Positions 40,028-51,500 of a stretch of DNA of 64,000 bases are shown here, one piece after another. Where the stretch lies: assembly GCA_965235115.1 (NCBI GenBank), contig OZ249437.1, positions 3,906,001 through 3,970,000 of the forward strand, written 5' to 3'. Every line of letters begins with the position of its first letter. The stretch's first letter is position 1. Under the pieces are notes generated by a model that was not told where the DNA came from, made no database searches, and was given only the letters and a program-made list of their open reading frames with translations. The DNA comes from Laetmonice hystrix (Eukaryota). The translations under genes were made by a program, and so were the position numbers.

Positions 40028-43000
40028 GTAAGGTCGAGCTTAATTCTTTCCTGTCGTATCTCACATTACATTACGGAATAAAACCCCATCATTCCGACCC
40101 TGGATGACGTACACTTGTGGGAGCCGCGCATTGGGAGGTTATGCCACCATACGAATCTACCTGAAACTATGTTTTTTTATATCCAGCTTGTTCAATAAAG
40201 TTATGTTTCTAAAAAATGGTAGGGACAGGGGTCAAATTTGAAAGGGTTTTAACCTGTTAGGATTATCCCCTAAAAATGTTCACATTAACTCAATGTGAGA
40301 TTGGGGTGAATCTCAGTAGAAAAGAGCAAAAGATATCCATGTTATTGGTTTTTGTACTGAATTGATATAGATTACTTGGATATATTAAATACCCTTTTAT
40401 AAATGTGTTAACGTTTAAATTAAATAATATATTATATGACCCAGAAAACGCTCTCGGATCCGCTGGTTCGCATATCCTGCCGACATTGTGCTCATTTTGT
40501 TCTATTTTCCTCCAGACCTGTGACCCCGCCGACACTTCCTCCTGTCCGACAGGTTTCTCATGCCAACGACACCGCTTTATCAACCGGTACTTCTGCAAGC
40601 CCCAGGTAGGTGAAAAGATTCTAATAAGTTTATCCACAAGATTGTATTTATAGTGGTCACTGTTTAAATTGAATAATATATTATATGACCCAGAAAACGT
40701 TCTCGGATCGGCTGGTTCGTATATCCTGCCGACATTGTGCTCATTTTGTTCTATTTTCCTCCAGACCTGTGACCCCGCCGACACTTCCTCCTGTCCGACA
40801 GGTTTCTCATGCCAGCGACACGGCTTTATCAACTTCTGCAAACCCGAGGTAAGTGAAAAGATTCTAATAAGTTTATCCACAAGATTGTATTTATAGTGGT
40901 CACTGTTTAAATGGCTTTGTGCAGCCATAGACGAACACCTCGTGCATAAACTTCTTCAATGTCGATCTATATCTTATACATTAAAAATAAAACCTTCAGC
41001 TTTAGACACTGTTTACGTTTCGAACACATGTATTTTATATTCTGCCCTTCAGACATGCCGTAAGTCGAGACATATTAAAAGTTATCGTATTTTAAGATTT
41101 GTGAAAGATTTTTAAGCCATCCGTTAAAAATTCCCTTTCTTAAACAAATAAAATCTTACGTGGTTCCCATGGTACAAAACACACCTGCACAGACTACGTA
41201 TGTACGATACATTATGATACATTATGATACAACTGATACATTATGGCACATATCAGCCTCTTTGAGGAGGGGACCCTTTGAATCCCTTTCCCCGTGGTAC
41301 ATAACCACTATCCTTTCCCGTCCATGCACGACTACTACTTTCTACTATCGTTGCTATAGGTCTGTCAATCCACCGGTCCATACACGACAGTTCATGTTGG
41401 TCCTTGCTAGGTCTGTCAATCCACCGGTCCATACACGACAGTTCATGTTGGTCCTTGCTAGGTCTGTCAATCCACCGGTCCATACACGACAGTTCATGTT
41501 GGTCCTTGCTAGGTCTGTCAATCCACCGGTCCATACACGACAGTTCATGTTGGTCCTTGCTAGGTCTGTCAATCCACCGGTCCATACACGACACGACAGT
41601 TCATGTTGGTCCTTGCTAGGTCTGTCAATCCACCGGTCCATACACGACAGTTCATGTTGGTCCTGGCTAGGTCTGTCAATCGACCGGTCCATACACGACA
41701 GTTCATGTTGGTCCTGGCTAGGTCTGTCAATCGACCGGTCCATACACGACAGTTCATGTTGGTCCTTGCTAGGTCTGTCAATCCACCGGTCCATACACGA
41801 CAGTTCATGTTGGTCCTGGCTAGGTCTGTCAATCGACCGGTCCATACACGACAGTTCATGTTGGTCCTTGCTAGGTCTGTCAATCCACCGGTCCACACAC
41901 GACAGTTCATGTTGGTACTTGCTAGGTCTGTCAATCGACCGGTCCATACACGACAGTTCATGTTGGTCCTGGCTAGGTCTGTCAATCCACCGGTCCATAC
42001 ACGACAGTTCATGTTGGTCCTTGCTAGGTCTGTCAATCCACCGGTCCATACACGACAGTTCATGTTGGTACTTGCTAGGTCTGTCAATCCACCGGTCCAT
42101 ACACGACAGTTCATGTTGGTACTTGCTAGGTCTGTCAATCGACCGGTCCATACACGACAGTTCATGTTGGTCCTTGCTAGGTCTGTCAATCCACCGGTCC
42201 ATACACGACAGTTCATGTTGGTCCATGCTAGGTCTGTCAATCCACCGGTCCATACACGACAGTTCATGTTGGTACTTGCTAGGTCTGTCAATCCACCGGT
42301 CCATACACGACAGTTCATGTTGATCCATGCTAGGTCTGTCAATCCACCGGTCCATACACGACAGTTCATGTTGGTACTTGCTAGGTCTGTCAATCCACCG
42401 GTCCATACACGACAGTTCATGTTGGTCCTTGCTAGGTCTGTCAATCCACCGGTCCATACACGACAGTTCATGTTGGTACTTGCTAGGTCTGTCAATCCAC
42501 CGGTCCATACACGACAGTTCATGTTGGTACTTGCTAGGTCTGTCAATCCACCGGTCCATACACGACAGTTCATGTTGGTCTACTTTCCTTGCTAGGCAAT
42601 TCCATCTTACCGTCGTTTGAACGGTTCTCTACCACAAAAATAAATTGAAGCTGCCATGTTTTAAAATGACTACTGCTACTAATTATGTAATTATACCCTG
42701 CTAATTTTTACAGAGAGTTACCTGTTCTACCGATGGAGAATGCCGTTCTGGTTTCAAGTGCTCCGCCTTCTGTAGACCTAAGGTAAGAGTCACAGAGTAA
42801 ACTCTAAAAAAGGCGTTTTCTTAAAGAAAGAAAAATAAGAAGAATTATATAAAATAAAATATTTAAAAATTTGGAAACTTCTTATAATAAAGTGGTAGAA
42901 CAGAAAGACAGGAATGGCAGAGGTTTCCTATACGGACTCCGTGAATTTCCCAACAATCAATGGTGAACGGTTTTGTTTCCCAACAATGAATGGTGAACGG

Positions 43001-43414
43001 TTTTGTTTCCCAACAATCAATGGTGAACGGTTTTGTTTTCCAACAATCAATGGTGAACGGTTTTGTTTTCCAACAATCAATGGTGAACGGTTTTGTTTCC
43101 CAACAATCAATGGTGAACGGTTTTGTTTCCCAACAATCAATGGTGAACGGTTTTGTTTTCCAACAATCAATGGTGAACGGTTTTGTTTCCCAACAATCAA
43201 TGGTGAATGGTTTTGTTTCCCAACAATCAATGGTGAACGGTTTTGTTTTCCAACAATCAATGGTGAACGGTTTTGTTTCCCAACAATCAATGGTGAACGG
43301 TTTTGTTTTCAGTGTTCAGATGCCAACGATTGTCCCAGTTTCCGTGGTCACGAACATCAATGTATTGGAGGTATCTGTGTACCAAGTACACCGCCTACTG
43401 ACGAGGAACCCTGA
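39815..43414 (+). CDS. Secreted cysteine-rich modular protein (185 aa; signal peptide, His/Gly/Arg segment, five 4-Cys modules); exons 39815-40027, 40516-40605, 40765-40848, 42714-42782, 43313-43414
   Basis: ATG just after acceptor ccccctcag (implies an upstream UTR exon); signal peptide MKLTYAILMVALTLAACVYA. All four introns are GT-AG phase 0. Each exon carries one module with exactly 4 Cys. Stop TGA, then AATAAA at 43600. Confidence 0.88.
40516..40605 (+). CDS. Cys-rich protein exon, module 2 (TCDPADTSSCPTGFSCQRHRFINRYFCKPQ)
   Basis: Acceptor ttttcctccag, donor gtaggt, 90 nt, phase 0-0. Confidence 0.85.
40765..40848 (+). CDS. Cys-rich protein exon, module 3 (TCDPADTSSCPTGFSCQRHGFINFCKPE), tandem duplicate of module 2
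   Basis: Acceptor ttttcctccag, donor gtaagt, 84 nt, phase 0-0; 249-bp duplication including intron flanks. Confidence 0.85.
41355..42597. repeat. Minisatellite, 51-bp unit x about 24 (intron of the Cys-rich gene)
   Basis: Unit gctaggtctgtcaatccaccggtccatacacgacagttcatgttggtcctt. Confidence 0.96.
42714..42782 (+). CDS. Cys-rich protein exon, module 4 (RVTCSTDGECRSGFKCSAFCRPK)
   Basis: Acceptor atttttacag, donor gtaaga, 69 nt, phase 0-0. Confidence 0.82.
42948..43310. repeat. Minisatellite, 30-bp unit x 12, ending at the last-exon acceptor
   Basis: Unit ccaacaatcaatggtgaacggttttgtttc; the final copy ends ttttgttttcag. Confidence 0.95.
43313..43414 (+). CDS. Cys-rich protein last exon, module 5 (CSDANDCPSFRGHEHQCIGGICVPSTPPTDEEP*)
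   Basis: Acceptor ttttgttttcag; stop TGA 43412-43414. Confidence 0.85.
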   Translation, partial: CSDANDCPSFRGHEHQCIGGICVPSTPPTDEEP

Positions 43415-43599
43415 GGGAGACCCTCAGATACGACCGAATGTCGGGAGTGGAAAGTCTTCGCGACAAGGAAATAATCGGGACTACAATAGTACATTATTCG
43501 GACACTATAACCGGAATGAAGGACACTAACAGGAGACTAAGGGTCGCTTACTTATAGCACAACATGTAGTTCTAAATCTACGCCTAATTATACAGGCTC

Positions 43600-43605
43600 A
43601 ATAAA
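43600..43605 (+). terminator. Poly(A) signal of the Cys-rich gene
   Basis: AATAAA about 185 nt downstream of the stop codon. Confidence 0.6.
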
Positions 43606-44236
43606 GAAATCTATGGTGTGGAATCAAATGCTTCAGTAGGTGTCATCTTTGATGAAAGCTTCCCCGTATGAATTATGGTTAACATAATATATGATGCATA
43701 CGTCAGATACATGCAGCTGGCCCGTATAATTTACCGTTGAAGTCAACTATTAAGCCACTACTGATCCGCCCTTCCACCCGCCATGTTATTGGTAGTCCCA
43801 TTATAGACTCGTTAAAAGTAAGTTAAGGTGAAACATTTGAATAAATCTATGTAATACAGATACACGAAACGAGGACCTGCTAGTATTATGTTGGGGTATG
43901 CCAACGTCCCAACAATCGAATAATTTTTAAACCTTATCAAGTCGACAGACCTGTGAGCACGACTTAACGTTTTATCACTAGGTGTCGTTAGTGCATGTAA
44001 TCCCCTAGCGGCGGACGGAGTAAACAATGGTCGTGCTCGTGTGCAGGTACATAACCTTTTGTACTAGAAGGCCCCTCCCCACTTCGGTCGACTATGAATG
44101 GTCAAGCGCAAGGACAGCTATTACCGACGTTTTTCAGATTTGGTTGGTCACTTTGTGACCGGAACTTGGCAGATCGAGGTAATAGATCGAGAACATTTCA
44201 CCCTTCCCTGACGAGTTAGATCGACCTAGCTCCATC

Positions 44237-44933
44237 CATTCGGGATTCCCTCGGCCATATCTTCGAAAGTAGCCTCGGATGAAATAGGCGACATTTTGAG
44301 CACTGCATCGCGGGTACATTTAGCCGGGACTCTGGACAGCCATTCGGGACTCCCTCGGGCATATGACGTCACTTCCTGCTATTCGAATATACCCTCGGGT
44401 GGAATAGCGGCCATGTTTGGCAACCAGATACACGGCCAAATGGAGGTGTGTAGCGAGGCACTGAGTGAACCGTCATATCCCATCGAGCCAGGAAGTAGTG
44501 CATTATTGACACCTGCTCCTTCGGCGTTGTATGTGCAAATATAAATTTCTGGTATGAAGGGGAACGTTTGAAGAAGAAAAATGAATCACCCAAGTTACCT
44601 AAATGGGCGTCAATACGGTAATTTATCAAATTCTGGGAAGCAATATGGCCGCGCCCATGTACGACACTGGCCCGACACATGGTAGGACTACTTGTAATCA
44701 TGTTGTAATTTAAGTTGTATCATAACATGATACTATTGTAATATTGCCCACTGACTTCGGGGAAAGCATTGTAGGCCTATTTTAGTTGCTTCCATGCCTG
44801 ATGCAGACAAAATACTGCAAGCACTGCCATGCTGTCGAGAGTCCCGGCTAAATGTACCCGCGATGCGATGCTCAAAATGGCACCTATTTCACCCGAGGCT
44901 ACTTTCGAACATATGGCCGAGGATTCCCGAATG
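44237..44933. mobile_element. Foldback element with about 104-bp inverted arms (44237-44340 / 44831-44933)
   Basis: The arms are reverse complements with few mismatches; both strands yield the peptide ASRVHLAGTLDS in the ORF track. Confidence 0.65.
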
Positions 44934-46128
44934 ACACGTTGTTTGTGACCCAGCATGCCACCAGAGGGCGGGTTAGTTACCTCATACCGTGGTGGTCGGA
45001 GACACGTTGTTTGTGACACAGCATGCCACCAGAGGGCGGGTTAGTTACCTCATACCGTGGTGGTCGGAGACACGTTGTTTGTGACACAGCATGCCACCAG
45101 AGGGCGGGTTAGTTACCTCATACCTTGGTGGTCGGAGACACGTTGTTTGTGACCCAGCATGCCACCAGGGGGCGGGTTAGTTACCTCATACCGTGGTGGT
45201 CGGAGACACGTTGTTTGTGACCCAGCATGCCACCAGAGGGCGGGTTAGTTACCTCATACCGTGGTGGTCGGAGACACGTTGTTTGTGACCCAGCATGCCA
45301 CCAGAGGGCGGGTTAGTTACCTCATACCGTGGTGGTCGGAGACACGTTGTTTGTGACCCAGCATGCCACCAGAGGGCGGGTTAGTTACCTCATACCGTGG
45401 TGGTCGGAGACACGTTGTTTGTGACACAGCATGCCACCAGAGGGCGGGTTAGTTACCTCATACCGTGGTGGTCGGAGACACGTTGTTTGTGACCCAGCAT
45501 GCCACCAGAGGGCGGGTTAGTTACCCCATACCGTGGTGGTCGGAGACACGTTGTTTGTGACACAGCATGCCACCAGAGGGCGGGTTAGTTACCTCATACC
45601 GTGGTGGTCGGAGACACGTTGTTTGTGACCCAGCATGCCACCAGAGGGCGGGTTAGTTACCTCATACCGTGGTGGTCGGAGACACGTTGTTTGTGACCCA
45701 GCATGCCACCAGAGGGCGGGTTAGTTACCTCATACCGTGGTGGTCGGAGACACGTTGTTTGTGACCCAGCATGCCACCAGAGGGCGGGTTAGTTACCTCA
45801 TACCGTGGTGGTCGGAGACACGTTGTTTGTGACCCAGCATGCCACCAGAGGGCGGGTTAGTTACCTCATACCGTGGTGGTCGGAGACACGTTGTTTGTGA
45901 CCCAGCATGCCACCAGAGGGCGGGTTAGTTACCTCATACCGTGGTGGTCGGAGACACGTTGTTTGTGACCCAGCATGCCACCAGAGGGCGGGTTAGTTAC
46001 CTCATACCGTGGTGGTCGGAGACACGTTGTTTGTGACACAGCATGCCACCAGAGGGCGGGTTAGTTACCTCATACCGTGGTGGTCGGAGACACGTTGTTT
46101 GTGACCCAGCATGCCACCAGAGGGCGGG
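44933..46128. repeat. Minisatellite, 68-bp unit x about 18, each with a CTCF-like motif
   Basis: Unit gacacgttgtttgtgacccagcatgccaccagagggcgggttagttacctcataccgtggtggtcgga. Confidence 0.95.
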
Positions 46129-48358
46129 ACAGACTGAGGTAGGCCTCGGACAGGTGGTATAATTAGGCCTACTTGTAGAGCTATGATATACTCTATCCAT
46201 CCCTGCAAGTCGGCAAGAGAACGGCCTTTGAAACTTTTTATGTGTTCCTAAATTAAAAGTGAACTCCTACTACACATATACCTATAAATTACCTCGAAGC
46301 CCTTCTACTCATTTTATCCCCGCTACGGGCTAGCCTACGCCATAGTCCCCCATTATTGATAGTGAACGACTGTAGGCCTAATACTGAAACCCCGGACTTC
46401 GGAAGACGCTTGAAGGACCCATCCAAACTCTCATAATGTTTGGGTCAAAACCAACCTCTCGGCGTCTATGATTGAGTGACTGAGATGGGAAGTTAATTTT
46501 GGGGCTAAGACTGTCGGCAATATTTCAGGGATATTCAGGGCGACAAAAACCCCTCCAAACTTGCTCAGTTATATAGATCTTATCGTACCGGGCTAGGAGT
46601 CCCATAAGGATGCGGTGTCTATGAACTACCAGTCGCATTAACGGTCATATAAGTAACATTTTATTAGGAAAAATATTCTAAATATCTGACAATGAGAACT
46701 GACATGTACCAGTACAGATATATAACACGAATAACTGCTCACAGCTAAAAAAACGGTTGCTGTGGCTAGTTACAACATGATTCTGGCAATGACTTACACA
46801 CCTTACAAACGTAGACAATCATTTGAAATAGTCTGACATCACAAGAACCAGACTGGCTCACAGGGATTCAATGAAAGAAAAACAACGCCAATATCAGGAG
46901 AACTTGATTACCCACCAGGCTGAAGGTGGTAAACTGAATGGCATCACCCCGGCTTCTAAACTTCTATACAATACACTTTTTTGTAAAAAGTGGGGAAGAC
47001 ATACCGGTACACAAACGTAATGATAGCCTAGGTAAATATAAATTTTAATCCTGCACTTTTTAAAGTTTCCTATTTCTACTTTCAAGTTCAATATGTAAAA
47101 ACTCTGCTAATGTAAAAAAATGTTATTACTAAACCATACTGAGCGATTTTAAGCATGTACCGGTAATGATACTTATGTTGAACGTCTTCAGTGTTACAAC
47201 TTATTACATCGCAAATAACCATGATCAAATGATCACTCTAAAATCCCGCCATCCCGCAATATGTGAAATATCTATTCGTTCCATTGGTCCTGATAGTACT
47301 GAATATAGTACTTTTTTTAGAAGCCCCAGGAGTCATCTCCATCGTAGTACAATCCTAGAACTCCAGGACTAATGTCATTTCCGGACACAGGTCCTAAATG
47401 AATGCTCTGAGCAGGCTGATCTGTTTATATAGCTGCAGGGATTAAATGGACACCGTAAACTTTACTTTACTGGACTCTGAAACAGTGTTCATTCTATCAA
47501 CCAGACACATTTTGGCTTGATGAAACTAGTGGTAATTTTCAGTCTCACAATATCGGCATTATAATCATATTCAGTGAAACGACACGAAAACAGTTGAACA
47601 CAAGAATTGAGGTTTGCTGATAACAAAATGTGACTGTAGTGCAAAACTAAACGCGTGAGAGTACGAAATGGCATTAACCCAATTCATATGACTAGAAATT
47701 CGATAAACTCTTTCCATACATCGTACGAGTAAATGATATACAGCATTCAATAAATACTTTTGATAACCGTCATCTATTAAAACAATAAATAAGTTATACT
47801 TGTGACTAGATATAATGAGTGATGTAGTATAAGAATTGGAAAATGAGTATTATATTGCTGGTATTCTACGGCCTGCGTCCTGTGAATATCATTAACCCCA
47901 TAACACAGATAATTTGATAATAACTATCAATTATTATACCTACACACAAACAATCGGATTCACATCTTCAACATTATCATCATGATCAGTTCATTTACGC
48001 CGTTGTATTCCAACTCGATTTTACGTGTGCGTACTATAAACCAAAATATCAGTGGCAATAGAGCCAATGTACACCGAAACTCGCTTGTGCTTGATATATG
48101 TACAGATACTCATCACTGCTGAACATTTCCATTTTTAACGTAAAATATTTGTCACGTTCGAACAGAGTATCTTTGCGTGTATACATAATATGCATTTAGA
48201 CAAGTATATTTCTGATCAATATATCTTCGCTGTGTAAAAGTATACCCGCGCCTGCGGTGATATCGACCTCTGTTTTCAAACATACATGCACTTGAAAAGT
48301 TTGTTAATGAAGATCATGGTTAGAGATGAAGAGGAGGAAGAGGAGGAGGAGGCGTCTG

Positions 48359-48575
48359 TCATGTGCTGTAGTGAAGAACTGTTAGTATAAGGAGAGGGGC
48401 GGTGAGGAGGACGGCCCAGTCAGGCCGGTGGAGGCTGGGCCCCCTCTGGAAAGTGCAGGGGATCTCGATGTCCCGGAGGAGGGGACACTTTCCTTCGTCT
48501 GCCAGGGTTGACCCCCCGGCTTCCGAATGGGCACATGTCCCGTTTATGATACGATATGCGCCAGAGTTCACAATA
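48359..48575 (-). CDS. Alpha-2/delta-like last coding exon with hydrophobic, GPI-signal-like tail
   Basis: Acceptor ttttttcag; ends ...CTFQRGPSLHRPDWAVLLTAPLLILTVLHYST*; no cytoplasmic tail. Confidence 0.88.
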
Positions 48576-51500
48576 CTGAAAAAACAGAAAACGAAACATA
48601 GCAATTATTATGTTACAATTGAAGAAATGAATTAAAATGTACTAACTTGACATCAATGTTCTGCCTGCCTGGGGTAGGAGTGCCTAGGGGTAGGCTTTTC
48701 CGAAAGAAAAAAACAAAAAATCAGAAGTTTCGAGGGAAGTACGTAAATGATTCGATATGCAGGAAAGGAAATTATAATCTTCGGAGTTTGTGATAAAAAC
48801 GTGAAAATTCACTTCATTAATAGAAAAAAGTCTGGATCAGGGGAAGTTGGTACTTTACCTTTGTGCAATTTTACAGTTGAAATTATAGAAAAATGAATCC
48901 TTGTATTTCTTCCAGTTCTCTATGACGAGCAAGAAGAGATTGGTCTTGGGCAGCATGGTGACGTAATAAAATCCCGACATACATGGACCAGACACATTGC
49001 CTGTTATCATACCGCTCGGACCTAAATACAGGCAAACATTTCACATAAAGTCTTCTATAACAAATTCAATGATACCAAAAATTATATTACAATCATCTCG
49101 GACCTAAATACAGGCAAACATTTCACATAAAGTCTTCTATAACAAATTAAATGATACAAACAATTATATTACAATCATCTCGGACCTAAATACAGGCAAA
49201 CATTTCACATAAAGTCTTCTATAACAAATTAAATGATACCAAAAATTATATTACAATCATCTCGGACCTAAATACAGGCAAACATTTCACATAAAGTCTT
49301 CTATAACAAATTAAATGATACCAAAAATTATATTACAATCATCTCGGACCTAAATACAGGCAAACATTTCACATAAAGTCTTCTATAACAAATTCAATGA
49401 TACCAAAAATTATATTACAATCATCACGGACCTAAATACAGGCAAACATTTCACATAAAGTCTTCTATAACAAATTAAATGATACCAAAAATTATATTAC
49501 AATCATCTCGGACCTAAATACAGGCAAACATGTCACATAAAGTCTTCTATAACAAATTCAATGATACCAAAAATTATATTACAATCATCTCGGACCTAAA
49601 TACAGGCAAACATTTCACATAAAGTCTTCTATAACAAATTAAATGATACCAAAAATTATATTACAATCATCTCTCCGAATGTTATTAAAAGGACAACATC
49701 AACGTAAATGGTACTACTTATATATTGTATTATTTCAACCAGCTTCTAACCAAAAAATAAAAAATAAATATGAAATAATTGCACTGCTGCATTATGTTTT
49801 TAGAGTCTTATTCAAGTTTATGTCTACCTCAAAGTACATTCTGATTTATAATACTAAAAACAAGTACCATATTTATTTGGTAAAACAATCTTACCTAAAG
49901 CTGATGCATTCACACGATAACCAACAACATCTGTGATGCAACCAAATTCATTCGTAAATTTGGGGATGGGTCCTTTGTTTTTGTAGTAGTTGTCCAGTTC
50001 TTCGGGATTTTTTGGGATTCCCTCCAGGGTCACCTACATCAAACAAATGGTATAATACTTTATAATGAAAACGTCATTTCTGACATATATAGTGACATTT
50101 CAAGATTATGAGCTCATATCTACCCGATAACATTGTTCATTGTATACATGTTGTACTACCAGAATATGTTCACAGGTAGAGATGGCATGCATGTATAAAC
50201 TCATCAGTCTCCTAGTCTTCACCGTCAGAGAGATAAACCACCAAAAGTTTCAGGAATAAAAACACAAAGTTGATAAACGACGGAGACTCACTTTAGGCGC
50301 GTAAGGTGATATACTACACACGCCCTGGAAGTCGATAGCCTCGGTTCGCTGGAAGAAGCTGTGTTTGTAGATAAGATCTTTCATGACTTCCCCTTCCTTC
50401 TGACCCATGGTGATACCTTTGTACTTGCTCTCGTCCAGGTTGTCAGCCGTGATGAAGTCAGGGTCGGTGATCAGGTTAGCTTTGTTGTCAAATAGGTAGC
50501 ACCTGAGGAACAGGTCAGAATAACGAATGGGTCATCCTGAACGTTATCTGGCTGAGTATGACTAGGTCAATCTGAAACACTTTCTCTCTGGTCCATAACA
50601 ACCTTACGTTGACTCTCACACAGGTGTATTAGACCCTTTTACCGGCCCATACTATTGGTACGCTTCAGGTTCATAGGTCGGGAAGCTGGCAAGATTTAAT
50701 AGTCTAGTTGTCATGAAAATTCTGCGTGTAAAGCCTGAAATTTCTAACAGTTTGATATAATAACGAAGTATCTTTCCTTTCAAAAACTCAGAAGTTGTGA
50801 GTAGAATCTATTTTCACTCCAATGGCAAAGTTCCACATGATTTTATAAAGTTCGTTATGTGTCACCTTGTTTCACAGTCGGGTTCGCCATCCGGACATGT
50901 GTAATTCATACCGCAGGACTTTTTTAGATCGCTGGCCTGCATGATGGACATGGTGATCTCATGGAAACGGTTATAGAGGATATCCAGGCTGGTGACCGCC
51001 TCCACACGCTCCGTGGCACAGCGAGGGTAGTTCTGGTTCGGACCTTTAGCTTGGCTCACGTAACACACGCCTGTAGTAACGAGATATCAAAGTCAACTTC
51101 ACATAGAATGAGGCGGGGCGGGGGGGTAGTTCTGGTTCGGACCTTTAGCCTGGCTCACGTAACACACGCCTGTGGTAACGAGATATCAAAGTCAACTTCA
51201 CATAGAATGAGGCGGGGTGTGGGTGTGGGTGGGGGTGTGGGTGTGGGTGTGGGTGTGGGTGTGGGTGTGGGTGTGGGTGTGTGGGGGTGCTCGGACAGAT
51301 CTCAACTCTACTAAACAGAAATGTAGGATAAAACTTCTGTAAGTTGGAGAGAGGAAAGAGAGGAAAATTTAATATTTTTGACAATGATCATCTTTTAAAA
51401 GGACTCCATGCGGTTACCATGACGACTCACCTATGATACAGTCCTTGTCTTTCTCACAGCGGCACCCACCCGGCTTGGGTTGGCCGGCAGTGATATTGTC

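Noticed and set aside
41160-42595. Four 330-401 aa ORFs in several frames
   Set aside because: [12 protein letters not shown] of the 51-bp intronic array; open frames on both strands indicate an artefact of a stop-poor unit.
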